Virus record (IMG/VR): IMGVR_UViG_3300033066_001253
Coordinates: 13,223-77,222 of that record
Length of the DNA: 64,000 bases
Direction: 5' to 3' (one strand)
Source of the DNA: a virus
Taxonomy: Duplodnaviria; Heunggongvirae; Uroviricota; Caudoviricetes
The first letter of the stretch is position 1. Each line of letters opens with the position of its first letter. Of the stretch, positions 9,575 through 19,422 are shown in pieces. The position numbers were made by a program, and so were the translations under genes. The notes below the pieces were generated by a model that worked only from the letters and a program-made list of their open reading frames with translations, did not search any database and was not told the DNA's origin.

Positions 9575-10726
9575 ATGGAAATAAAAAGAAAAATATGGTA
9601 TGCTCCTAATAAGTTTGAATCTTATGGAGAGGAAGAAATTAAAGCTGTTGAAAGTTGTCTTCGTGATGGTTGGTTAGCAGGATTTGGTCCAAAAAGCATT
9701 GAGTTTGAAAAAAGAATTGCAAAAGTTTTTGGTAAAAAATATGGTGTATTTGTTAACTCGGGTTCATCAGCTAATTTATTAGCATTAGCTTGTTTAAAAT
9801 TACCCAAAGGAAGTGAAGTAATAACCCCAGCATGTACATTTAGTACAACATTATCTCCAATACTTCATTTAGGTTTAAAACCTGTTTTTGTTGATGTTAA
9901 ATTAGATGGATATGTTCCTTTTTTATTATCTATACTTGATAAAATTACTCCAATAACAAAGGCAATTATAATCCCAAATCTTATTGGGAATAAAATTGAT
10001 TGGGATTATTTAAAAGAATTATTATTTGATGAGGGAAGGGGAGATATTGTTTTAATTGAAGATTCTTGCGATACTATTTCTGAAACACTTGGAAGTGACA
10101 TTTCAACTACTTCATTTTATGCTTCTCATATTATAACAGCAGGAGGAGCTGGAGGTATGGTAATGTTTAATGATGAAAAATTAAGAGACATAGCATTACA
10201 ATTTAGAGATTGGGGTAGAATGGGAGATAATTCAGAAATAATGAGTGAGAGATTTAGTCATGAAGTAGATGGGATTCCTTATGATCATAAATTTTTATAT
10301 GATGTTTTAGGTTACAACTTTAAATGTAGTGAAATGAATGCTGCCTTTGGATTAGTACAATTGGAACGTTTTGAACAATTTAAACAAATAAGAAGACAAA
10401 ATATTGAAAGATATTTAGAAAATCTTAAAAATGTAAAAGAAATATTATTACCTGATGATAGTATTAAACCAAACTGGTTAGCAATCCCTTTACAAACAGA
10501 AAGAAGATTAGAATTATTAAAATTTTTAGAAGATAATAACATTCAAACTAGAGTTACATTTTCAGGTAATATTACAAGACATCCAATTTATAGAGAATAT
10601 TTACAAGAATTCAAAAATTCAGATATAATAATGGCTAATGGGTTTCTCTTAGGAGCTCATCATGGAATGACGGTAGAAGATGTAGATTATGTTTGTGATA
10701 AAATCAAAGAATTTTTTAACAAATGA
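9575..10726 (+). CDS. DegT/DnrJ/EryC1/StrS-family PLP/PMP enzyme with His in place of the active-site Lys (sugar 3-dehydratase-like)
   Basis: 383 aa. GVFVNSGSSANLLALA is typical of the family. The Schiff-base position reads SFYASHII (His) instead of SFxxxK, as in ColD/E1 3-dehydratases. Confidence 0.75.
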   Translation: MEIKRKIWYAPNKFESYGEEEIKAVESCLRDGWLAGFGPKSIEFEKRIAKVFGKKYGVFVNSGSSANLLALACLKLPKGSEVITPACTFSTTLSPILHLGLKPVFVDVKLDGYVPFLLSILDKITPITKAIIIPNLIGNKIDWDYLKELLFDEGRGDIVLIEDSCDTISETLGSDISTTSFYASHIITAGGAGGMVMFNDEKLRDIALQFRDWGRMGDNSEIMSERFSHEVDGIPYDHKFLYDVLGYNFKCSEMNAAFGLVQLERFEQFKQIRRQNIERYLENLKNVKEILLPDDSIKPNWLAIPLQTERRLELLKFLEDNNIQTRVTFSGNITRHPIYREYLQEFKNSDIIMANGFLLGAHHGMTVEDVDYVCDKIKEFFNK

Positions 10727-11676
10727 TTAAAGTAGTATATATAACAGGTTGTTTAGGATTTATAGGATCTTATATTACAAGAACTTGTCTTGAAAAAGGT
10801 TGGTATGTTAAAGGTGTAGATAAAATTACATATGCTGCTAATAAAGATTTATTAGATGAATTTAAAAAATATCCTAATTTTTCATTTGTTCACTGTGATA
10901 TAAATGATTTAAAATTTTTATATGATTGTGACTATGTGATTAATGCTGCTGCCGAAACTCATGTTGGGAACTCAATAGCAAGTAGTGTTGAATTTATTAA
11001 ATCAAATATTGATGGTGTTCATAATTTACTAGAATTAATAAAAAATCATAGAGGGGAAAATATTAAAAAACCAACATTAATTCATTTCAGTACTGATGAA
11101 GTTTATGGAGATATAGACAAAGGAGCTCATACTGAAATAGATTTGTTAAAACCAAGCAACCCATATTCAGCAACAAAAGCAGCAGCAGACATGTTAATAA
11201 TGGCTTGGGGTCGAACACATAAAATACCTTATATCATTGTTAGACCAACCAACAATTATGGAGTAGGCCAATATGTGGAAAAACTTATTCCTAAAACATG
11301 TAAATACCTTAAATTAGGAAAGAAAATACCTTTACATAATAACGGATCTCCTATTCGAAATTGGTTACATGCTCAAGATACAACTGATGCTATTATAGCA
11401 ATTATAAAATCAGAAGTTGAAAATGAAATTTTTAATATTTGTGGAAGTTTTGAACAAAGTAATTTGGATACTGTAAAGAAAATTCTTATATTTAATAATC
11501 TAGATTTAGAAGATATAAATAAATATATTGATTGGTCATGTGATAGACCTGGACAAGATGTTAGGTATTCCTTAGATGATTCTAAATTAAGAAATTTGGG
11601 TTGGAAACCTAAAAAACAATTTGATAAAGAATTACAATCAATAATAAATTATTATAAAAATAAATTTATATGGTAA
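10723..11676 (+). CDS. NDP-hexose 4,6-dehydratase (RmlB-like SDR)
   Basis: 317 aa. TGCLGFIGS Rossmann motif, HFSTDEVYG and YSATKAA (YxxxK) match dTDP/CDP-glucose 4,6-dehydratases. Confidence 0.75.
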   Translation: MIKVVYITGCLGFIGSYITRTCLEKGWYVKGVDKITYAANKDLLDEFKKYPNFSFVHCDINDLKFLYDCDYVINAAAETHVGNSIASSVEFIKSNIDGVHNLLELIKNHRGENIKKPTLIHFSTDEVYGDIDKGAHTEIDLLKPSNPYSATKAAADMLIMAWGRTHKIPYIIVRPTNNYGVGQYVEKLIPKTCKYLKLGKKIPLHNNGSPIRNWLHAQDTTDAIIAIIKSEVENEIFNICGSFEQSNLDTVKKILIFNNLDLEDINKYIDWSCDRPGQDVRYSLDDSKLRNLGWKPKKQFDKELQSIINYYKNKFIW

Positions 11677-13457
11677 AGAAAAAAGCATTAGAATTTATTG
11701 TAGATTGTTTAATCCATAATGATATAAATACATTTTTTTTAGTTACGGGTGGTGCTATTGTTCCTACAATTGATTATATAGGAACCAATACTAATGCTAG
11801 ATATTATTGTTTCCAACATGAACAATCAGCAGCAATGGCTGCTGAATCATATTATAGAATAACAGGAAAATTAGGAGTAGTATTAAGCACTAGTGGTCCC
11901 GGTGCTCAAAATTTATTAAATGGAATATGTGGTTGTTGGTATGACTCAATCCCATGTTTATTTATCACTGGTCAAGTTAGTACTTATGAATCTATAAATT
12001 CAATAAAATCTAATCCTCGACAATTAGGTTTTCAAGAAATGCCCGTAGTTGAATCATTTAAACCTTTTACTAAATATATCAAACAAATAAATATTAATAC
12101 AATTAAAGATGATATCTATCAAGCTATTACATCTGCTTTAGAAGGACGCCCAGGACCTAGTTTATTAGATTTTCCAGTAGATGTTCAATTATCTGAAGTT
12201 GAGGATGATTTATTTAAAATTAAAAAACCTAAATTATCTATAAATAATAACATAATATATTCTATAGATTTACTAAAAAATAAACTTTCTAATTCAAAAA
12301 GACCATTATTGTTATTAGGACATGGTATTAGATTATCGGATGCTGTAAATGAAATTAAAGAATTAATCAATAAATTAAACATACCTTTTGTTGTATCTTG
12401 GGGAGGTTTTGATTTAATTGAACATTCTCATTCTAATTTTATAGGTACTATAGGAGTATATGGTAGTAGAGGTGGTAACTTCGCAATTCAAAATTGTGAC
12501 TTATTAATTTCAATAGGATCAAGATTAGACACTAGACAAACAGGAGGAGATTTAAAAACATTCTCTCGTAATTCTTATAAAGTAATGGTAGATATTGATT
12601 TAAATGAAATCAATAAAGGAAGAGGATTAAATATTGATCTACCTATTAATTGTGATGCCAAAATTTTTATTAATTCATGTTTAAATATTTTAGAACCTAT
12701 TAATATTGAAAAAGATTGGAAAAAACAATGTTTAGATTGGAGTAACCTTAATTTAGATAAACGAGAACCTAAAGAAAATTTATTAACATCTTATGAATTT
12801 TTAGAAGAATTAAATCATCACCTTGATGATGATTCTATAATAATCCCAGATGAAGGAGGACATTTGGTTTGGTCAATGCAATCATTAAAAACCAAACCAA
12901 ACCAAAGAATATTTTCTAATTTTGGTAACTCATCAATGGGATATAGTCTTCCAGCATCTATAGGGGCATCTATTGCTACCAACAAACAAGTAATTTGTAT
13001 AGATGGAGATGGTGGATTTCAAATGAATATTCAAGAATTACAAACTGTAAAACATTATAATTTACCTATTAAAATATTTATAATGAATAATAATTGTTAT
13101 GGTATTATTAAACAATTCCAAGATACATATTTTGATTCTAGATATATTGCTACTGAAGAACAAGATTATTCTGTTCCTAATTTTATTAAAATAGCAGAGG
13201 CTTATGGTATAAAATCAATAGAAGCTAATAAAAATAATTATAAGGAAGTTATTAATTTGGCTCTCAAAGAAAAAGATAGTATATTGGTGAATGTAATTAT
13301 AGATAAAGAACAAAAATTGATACCTAAATTAGAATTTGGAAATCCTTTGGAAGATATGTTTCCATATTTAGATGATGATTTAATAAAAGAAAACATGATT
13401 ATACCAATGATACCGAGAAAAGATAATACTCAAGGATGGGTAACTTTAAATAAATAA
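11670..13457 (+). CDS. thiamine-diphosphate-dependent enzyme, acetolactate-synthase-like (YerE-like C-C branching candidate)
   Basis: 595 aa. N-terminal TGGAIVPTIDY ... FQHEQSAAMAAESYYRITGK ... STSGPGAQNL is the ThDP pyrimidine-binding domain. IDGDGGFQMNIQEL ... MNNNCYG is the GDG-x24-NN ThDP motif. Confidence 0.85.
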   Translation: MVKKKALEFIVDCLIHNDINTFFLVTGGAIVPTIDYIGTNTNARYYCFQHEQSAAMAAESYYRITGKLGVVLSTSGPGAQNLLNGICGCWYDSIPCLFITGQVSTYESINSIKSNPRQLGFQEMPVVESFKPFTKYIKQININTIKDDIYQAITSALEGRPGPSLLDFPVDVQLSEVEDDLFKIKKPKLSINNNIIYSIDLLKNKLSNSKRPLLLLGHGIRLSDAVNEIKELINKLNIPFVVSWGGFDLIEHSHSNFIGTIGVYGSRGGNFAIQNCDLLISIGSRLDTRQTGGDLKTFSRNSYKVMVDIDLNEINKGRGLNIDLPINCDAKIFINSCLNILEPINIEKDWKKQCLDWSNLNLDKREPKENLLTSYEFLEELNHHLDDDSIIIPDEGGHLVWSMQSLKTKPNQRIFSNFGNSSMGYSLPASIGASIATNKQVICIDGDGGFQMNIQELQTVKHYNLPIKIFIMNNNCYGIIKQFQDTYFDSRYIATEEQDYSVPNFIKIAEAYGIKSIEANKNNYKEVINLALKEKDSILVNVIIDKEQKLIPKLEFGNPLEDMFPYLDDDLIKENMIIPMIPRKDNTQGWVTLNK

Positions 13458-13480
13458 ACAAATATCAAATTTTTTAAAAT

Positions 13481-14404
13481 ATGGCAGCAGATAGTAAAAC
13501 TAAAAAAACTATTTTAACATTAACAGGGAATAAAATAAAAAAAGAAAAAACAGTATTAGTTACTGCTTATGACTACCCCCAAGCAATTTTAGCAGACAGA
13601 GCAGGGGTAGATTGCATTTTGGTTGGTGATTCCTTAGGAATGACTCAACTAGGATATAAAACAACAATTCCTGTTACAATGGAAGATATGATTAGAAGTT
13701 GTGAAGCAGTTAGTAGAGGTTCCCAAAATGCTTTTTTGATTGGAGATATGCCTTATATGTCTTATCAACAATCAGATGAATTAGCTATTGAAAATGCAGG
13801 TAGATTTATAAGAGCAGGAATGGATATGGTAAAAGTAGAAGGAGCTATGGTTGAGCGTGTAAGAGCAATATCTAAAGCTGGGATTATGGTTATGAGTCAT
13901 TTAGGACTAACCCCTCATACCAGAGCAAAATTAGGTGGTTATAAAGTTCAAGGAAAAACAGCAGATCAAGCGGATATTATTTTACAACAAGCCTTAACCT
14001 TACAAGAAGCAGGTTGTTCAGCTTTATTATTAGAAGCTATGCCTAAAGAACCTGCAGAAATGATTGCTAAAAAATTATCCATTCCTGTTTATGGGATTGG
14101 TGGTGGAGATGGAGTTGATGGACAATTAGTAATATTTCATGATTTAACAGGTTTATTTTGGGAATTTAAATCTAAATTTGTTAAACGTTATTGTGAAGCT
14201 GGGAAGATTATTCAAGATGCTTTAGAACAATATGTTAATGAGGTTAAATCAGGAATATTTCCTTCCCCGGATAATTTTTATGAAATTAAAGAAGATGAAT
14301 TAGAAAAATTGTTGGGTGATGATAAATGGAAATATGAAAAAGATAGAGTAGAAAATAATACTACTCCCAATCATAGTGTTACACCAATTACTATTAATAA
14401 ATAA
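13481..14404 (+). CDS. PanB-like 3-methyl-2-oxobutanoate hydroxymethyltransferase family protein
   Basis: 307 aa. VTAYDYPQAILADRAGVDCILVGDSLGMTQLGY is near-identical to the PanB/KPHMT signature. It is not in a pantothenate context here. Confidence 0.7.
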   Translation: MAADSKTKKTILTLTGNKIKKEKTVLVTAYDYPQAILADRAGVDCILVGDSLGMTQLGYKTTIPVTMEDMIRSCEAVSRGSQNAFLIGDMPYMSYQQSDELAIENAGRFIRAGMDMVKVEGAMVERVRAISKAGIMVMSHLGLTPHTRAKLGGYKVQGKTADQADIILQQALTLQEAGCSALLLEAMPKEPAEMIAKKLSIPVYGIGGGDGVDGQLVIFHDLTGLFWEFKSKFVKRYCEAGKIIQDALEQYVNEVKSGIFPSPDNFYEIKEDELEKLLGDDKWKYEKDRVENNTTPNHSVTPITINK

Positions 14405-15207
14405 TGGATATTCTGATTACTGGAGGTAATGGTTATATTGCTAAAAGCATTTATAATAATTTTAGTAATAAATATAATATAACTAGAATTACCCGAAATG
14501 ATTTTGATTTATCTGATAAAAAAAGTACTGATAAATGGTTTAAGGGAAAATATTTTGATTTTGTAATCCATACTGCTATAAAGGGAGGAAGTAGATTAAA
14601 AGAAGATCCTTTAGATATAACTCATCAAAACGTTTCAATGTTTTATAATTTATTAAATAATAAAAACTGTTTTGGAAATTTAATAAATATAGGATCAGGA
14701 ATAGAAGATTCAAAACTTAATTCCCCCTATGTTTTAAGCAAAAAAATTATTAGTGATTTGATAAAACAATTACCTAATTTTTACAATATTAGAGTATTTG
14801 GTGTATTTGATGAAAATGAATTAAAAACTAGATTTATTAAAAATAATATTTTTAATTATATAAATCACCAACCACTAGAAATTTACCAAAACATAAAAAT
14901 GGATTTATTTTACATGAAAGATTTTATTAAAATCATATCTTATTATCTAGAATCAAATTATAATTTCGATCCACCTCAAAAACAATTAAATTGTTCTTAT
15001 CATAATAAATCAACTTTATTAGACACAGCAAAATTAATAAATAATTTAGGAACTCATAAATGTAATATAAAAATTCATAATCCTCAATATGGAGATGATT
15101 ATATAGGAATATGTAATACTCCTAAAATAGATAATGGGGATTTCATAATAGAATATTTAGGATTAGAATATGGGATTAAAGAAACATATGATATTTTAAA
15201 AAAATGA
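14404..15207 (+). CDS. NAD(P)-dependent sugar-nucleotide reductase/epimerase, RmlD-like
   Basis: 267 aa. N-terminal ILITGGNGYIA Rossmann motif; short SDR of the dTDP-4-dehydrorhamnose reductase type. Confidence 0.5.
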   Translation: MDILITGGNGYIAKSIYNNFSNKYNITRITRNDFDLSDKKSTDKWFKGKYFDFVIHTAIKGGSRLKEDPLDITHQNVSMFYNLLNNKNCFGNLINIGSGIEDSKLNSPYVLSKKIISDLIKQLPNFYNIRVFGVFDENELKTRFIKNNIFNYINHQPLEIYQNIKMDLFYMKDFIKIISYYLESNYNFDPPQKQLNCSYHNKSTLLDTAKLINNLGTHKCNIKIHNPQYGDDYIGICNTPKIDNGDFIIEYLGLEYGIKETYDILKK

Positions 15208-16148
15208 ATATTAAATTGATGTTACATATAATGCCTTGGGAAATAGATCAAGCATTGATGGTTGTTGACAAATTAAAAAAATCCACATATTATTTAGAAA
15301 ATGAAAATAAAATATTTATTAATACTGTTTTAAATTTATCCGATTCAATTATAGATTGGAATAAATCTAACATTCCAAAAGAATTTTTTATAAAAAAATA
15401 TAAAATAATATGTAATTTATTATCTTCTTATTATATTCATACTTCTCTCATATATGAAGGAGATAAAACATATGGTCATTTAGATTTACAAAAAACCTCA
15501 ATTTCAAAAGAAATAGATTATTATATTTACATATGTGCTGATATAGATTTTTCAGAACATTTATTATTCTATTTAATAGAATCAGCGAAACAAATCCATA
15601 ATGAATATTTTATCTTAACCCCTCAAATATTTAAAAGTTGGGATTCAAGTTGGGATATTTTAGTTAATGATAAATTCAAAAATATCCCTTATGAAAAATG
15701 TATTGATATAGATATTCATGAAATTAGATATCAATGTTTAGATTTAGATAATCCTAATGTTAAATCTATAGACCAATTTAAATTTGCTGGTTGGTTTGAT
15801 TTATATAATAAAAATTTTTATGAAAAATTAGTTCCTGTATTAGATGAATGGAATGGATATGGACCTTGGGATTTATATTCAATGAATATTTGTAATATAG
15901 CTAAACAATATGGAGTTGATGTGCAACAATATATTTTAGAAAATCAAATAACATGGTTTTCAGATGTAGGATGCCTTAGAAACTTTGAAGAATATGGGGG
16001 AGATGGACAGTTAAAAACATTATATAAAAATTTCCTAAATTTAAAACTTGGAAGACAAGAACAAAGATCTTATATTGATAAAAATTTAAATAAATATTTG
16101 AACCAATGGTTTGAATATGCTAAACAAAACCAAATAATAAATGTATAG
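15204..16148 (+). CDS. hypothetical protein in glycan cluster
   Basis: 314-aa ORF, no recognised motif. Embedded in the sugar operon. Confidence 0.4.
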   Translation: MNIKLMLHIMPWEIDQALMVVDKLKKSTYYLENENKIFINTVLNLSDSIIDWNKSNIPKEFFIKKYKIICNLLSSYYIHTSLIYEGDKTYGHLDLQKTSISKEIDYYIYICADIDFSEHLLFYLIESAKQIHNEYFILTPQIFKSWDSSWDILVNDKFKNIPYEKCIDIDIHEIRYQCLDLDNPNVKSIDQFKFAGWFDLYNKNFYEKLVPVLDEWNGYGPWDLYSMNICNIAKQYGVDVQQYILENQITWFSDVGCLRNFEEYGGDGQLKTLYKNFLNLKLGRQEQRSYIDKNLNKYLNQWFEYAKQNQIINV

Positions 16149-16764
16149 CGAACCTGAAAAAAATGATCATCCTGATAGAATCAGAAAAGTTGGTAAATAT
16201 ACTTATGGTATAAATAATATTTGTATATATTATTGGGCTAATGGAAATTGGACAAAAGACGGAACAAAACTCCCAGAACCTGCATATCTTGAAATAGGAA
16301 ATTATTGTTCAATTTCAGGACATATTTTAATATACATGGGGGGTAATCACCATTATGAATGGGCATCTCAATATCCTTTTGGACATATTCACCAAAATGT
16401 TTTTAATAAATTTAATGGAGAAGGTCAACCATGGTCTAAAGGAAATGTGATTATAGGAAATGATGTTTGGATAGGAACATGTGCTACTATCCATAGTGGA
16501 GTAACAATTGGGGATGGAGCAGTAATAGCTTCTAATGCTGTAATAACAAAAGATGTAGAACCTTATTCTATAGTAGGAGGAAACCCTGCTAAATTTATTA
16601 AATATAGATTCCCAAAAGAAATTAGAGATAAATTATTAGAGTATAAATGGTGGGATTTGGATGATTATATTATAGATCATATTTCTCCACTATTATGTTC
16701 TGGTGATTTTGAAAATTTATTTAGAGTATTAGATGAAATTAAACAACAATTAAAAAACAATTAA
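16141..16764 (+). CDS. hexapeptide-repeat (left-handed beta-helix) acetyltransferase
   Basis: 207 aa. [46 protein letters not shown] shows canonical [LIV]G hexapeptide repeats of sugar/xenobiotic O-acetyltransferases. Confidence 0.8.
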   Translation: MYSEPEKNDHPDRIRKVGKYTYGINNICIYYWANGNWTKDGTKLPEPAYLEIGNYCSISGHILIYMGGNHHYEWASQYPFGHIHQNVFNKFNGEGQPWSKGNVIIGNDVWIGTCATIHSGVTIGDGAVIASNAVITKDVEPYSIVGGNPAKFIKYRFPKEIRDKLLEYKWWDLDDYIIDHISPLLCSGDFENLFRVLDEIKQQLKNN

Positions 16765-16766
16765 AA

Positions 16767-17465
16767 ATGAAAACAATTACTACATATGAAGAGTTAATTG
16801 ATGATCTCTACAGTAATAATGTGACAATGGTTCACCCATCATTTATAAACTCAATACTAAACTTCTACCCAAACATATCCAAAGTAGAAGGAGATATTTT
16901 AGAATGTGGAGTCTGGAAAGGAGGAGTTTCAATATTCCTTAGTCATTTATTTAATGATAGAAATATTTGGGTGAGTGATTCATATCAAGGATTCCAACCT
17001 TTATCTCATGCTACTTATGAATATGATAAAGAAAGACATACTCCTGAATATACTCATTGTGCTAATGGTCCTATAGGAATTAGTTTAGAAGAAGTTAAAG
17101 CTAATTTTGAAAAATACGGTTTAGGAAATGAAGAAAGAATTAAGTTTTTAAAAGGATTTGTTAAAGATACTTTACCTACTTCAGGGATTGAAAAATTAGC
17201 TTTATTAAGAATTGATGTTGATGCCTATTCTGCTACTTTAGAAGTACTAAATGAAATGTATGATAAAGTTCAACCTGGAGGATATATTATTTTTGATGAC
17301 TCATGTCTATATGAGGTAATTGATGCTCTTAAAGTATTTTTTAAGCAAAAGAATTTAGAGGAATATATTTTTCACCCTCTCACAAATGAAAAATTAAATC
17401 TACATCTTAAGTATACTAACGATGACTCAGGATTTCCAACTGGGTGTTATATAATTAAACAATAA
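16767..17465 (+). CDS. TylF/MycF-family SAM-dependent O-methyltransferase
   Basis: 232 aa. GDILECGVWKGGVSIFL and RIDVDAYSATLEVL ... GGYIIFDD match the macrocin-O-methyltransferase fold. Confidence 0.65.
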   Translation: MKTITTYEELIDDLYSNNVTMVHPSFINSILNFYPNISKVEGDILECGVWKGGVSIFLSHLFNDRNIWVSDSYQGFQPLSHATYEYDKERHTPEYTHCANGPIGISLEEVKANFEKYGLGNEERIKFLKGFVKDTLPTSGIEKLALLRIDVDAYSATLEVLNEMYDKVQPGGYIIFDDSCLYEVIDALKVFFKQKNLEEYIFHPLTNEKLNLHLKYTNDDSGFPTGCYIIKQ

Positions 17466-18163
17466 TGAAACTTATCTACAGAATCTCAGACGCAGGTTAT
17501 AATAAAATAAAACCTAACTATATAAATAATGAAAATTGTTTAAGAAACGCTATAAAAATATTTCCGTGGTTAGAATATGATTGGTCTATCATAGCTGATA
17601 ATATATCTGAAGAAACAAGTAATATGATTCAAAAATATATTCCTAGAGATCATATTAATTATGTTTCTGTAGGACATGGAGCTGGTACATTTAATTTAGC
17701 TTTAGATGAAGCATTACAAAGTCCTGATGATGAAATAATTTATTTTTTAGAGAACGATTATTTACATAAACCAAACTCTGATAAAATATTACAAGAAGGA
17801 TTTGATCTAGGAGCATCTTTTGTGTCATTATATGATTGCCCAGATAAGTATTTAGATCCATCTGATGGAGGAAACCCATATTGTGAAGGTGGGGCTGAAG
17901 ATACTAGAGTATATTTAACTGATTCTTGTCATTGGAAAATAACAAATAGTACAACAATGACCTTTGCTTCTAAAGTGTCAACTTTAAAACAAACTGAGTC
18001 TATTCTTAGAAAATGGACTAATATGGGGCCTTATCCACAAGATTTTAAAATGTTTCTTGAATTAAGAGATAATAATAAATTATTAATTACACCAATGCCT
18101 GGGTATTCAACTCATGGAGAAACAGCTTGGTTATCACCTTTAACAAATTGGAGTGAAATATGA
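17465..18163 (+). CDS. hypothetical protein in glycan cluster
   Basis: 232-aa ORF, ATG overlaps upstream stop. Confidence 0.4.
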   Translation: MKLIYRISDAGYNKIKPNYINNENCLRNAIKIFPWLEYDWSIIADNISEETSNMIQKYIPRDHINYVSVGHGAGTFNLALDEALQSPDDEIIYFLENDYLHKPNSDKILQEGFDLGASFVSLYDCPDKYLDPSDGGNPYCEGGAEDTRVYLTDSCHWKITNSTTMTFASKVSTLKQTESILRKWTNMGPYPQDFKMFLELRDNNKLLITPMPGYSTHGETAWLSPLTNWSEI

Positions 18164-19383
18164 AAAAATATATACCTATAACCCAATGTCCTATTACAGG
18201 ACATGATGAGCAAATCAAATATTTTGATTTAGGAAATATTCCTTTAGTGAATAATCTATGTAATACTAGAGAAGAAGCACTTAATGCTGAAAAATTTCCT
18301 CTAAACATTAACTATTATCCCTCATCAGGAGAATCCTCATTAAGTATAGCAATTGATGGAGAACTTTTATTCTCACATTATCTATTTAAATCTGAAGTAA
18401 ATAAGCCATATTATGGACATTGCCAGGAAATGTTTAGATATGCTCAGGAATATGTTAAAGTAAAGGATGGAACAAAAATTGTTGATATTGGAGGAAATGA
18501 TGGTTCATTACTTGATGCTTTTAGAAGTATTAGTAATAAAAAACTAGAATTATTAAATATTGATCCATCCCAAAATTTAGCTAAACTAAATACTGAAAAA
18601 AATATACCATTTTTAACTAAATTTTTCTCATATGATATAGCTAAAACCTTAAATAAAACAGATATAATTACTTCTACAAATGTATTTCAACATTTATTTG
18701 ATATAAATTCATTTGTTAAAGGAATTGAATGTTTATTAAATGAAAATGGTATTTGGGTTTTGGAATTTCCATATTGGATTAATAGTATGGAAACTAATCA
18801 ATTTGATCAAATATATCATGAACATGTTTTTTATCATTCTGTTACACCTATGAAAATGATGATGGAAAAACATAATATGAAAATCATTAATATAACTGAA
18901 CAAAACATTCATGGAGGGACTTTACGACTTATAATTACTAAAAAGGATTCTATACTTACTCCTGACAACACGATTGATGAATATTTAGAATATGAAAAGA
19001 AATATGATTTAGAATATCACACTAAATGGGGTAAAGAAGTCCAAAATCATATCATTAATTCAAAAGAATTTATTAACAAATTAAAAAAAGAAGGTAAAAC
19101 AATTTTTGGTTTTGGTGCCGCTGCTAAAGGATGTATTTACATGAATGCAATGGATTTAACTCATCAAGATATTGATTGTGTAATTGATGATACTGATATT
19201 AAACAAAATAAATATATTCCTGGGGTTGGAATACAGATTGTAAATCGTGATATTTTAAAAACAACCCAACCAGATTATATTTTAATCTTAGCTCATAATT
19301 TTAAAGATTACATAATTGAATCATTAAAAAATGAATATAAGGGGAAATTTATTATATTAATACCTACTCCTCAAATACTCTAA
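18160..19383 (+). CDS. NDP-hexose C-methyltransferase-like SAM-dependent methyltransferase
   Basis: 407 aa. N-terminal C..TGH ... DLGNIPLVNNL and central VDIGGNDGSLL (SAM motif I), with size and layout like TylC3/TcaB9 sugar C3-methyltransferases. Confidence 0.5.
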   Translation: MKKYIPITQCPITGHDEQIKYFDLGNIPLVNNLCNTREEALNAEKFPLNINYYPSSGESSLSIAIDGELLFSHYLFKSEVNKPYYGHCQEMFRYAQEYVKVKDGTKIVDIGGNDGSLLDAFRSISNKKLELLNIDPSQNLAKLNTEKNIPFLTKFFSYDIAKTLNKTDIITSTNVFQHLFDINSFVKGIECLLNENGIWVLEFPYWINSMETNQFDQIYHEHVFYHSVTPMKMMMEKHNMKIINITEQNIHGGTLRLIITKKDSILTPDNTIDEYLEYEKKYDLEYHTKWGKEVQNHIINSKEFINKLKKEGKTIFGFGAAAKGCIYMNAMDLTHQDIDCVIDDTDIKQNKYIPGVGIQIVNRDILKTTQPDYILILAHNFKDYIIESLKNEYKGKFIILIPTPQIL

Positions 19384-19422
19384 TCTTTAATAATATTTAT
19401 ATATAAACCTAAAAATATAAAA

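Noticed and set aside
11670-13457. Annotating the ThDP enzyme simply as acetolactate synthase (IlvB) for branched-chain amino-acid synthesis
   Set aside because: There is no IlvN/IlvC/IlvD context. It is embedded between a sugar 4,6-dehydratase, a DegT enzyme and sugar reductase/methyltransferases, so a carbohydrate C-C branching role (YerE-like) is more parsimonious. The specific substrate remains unproven.
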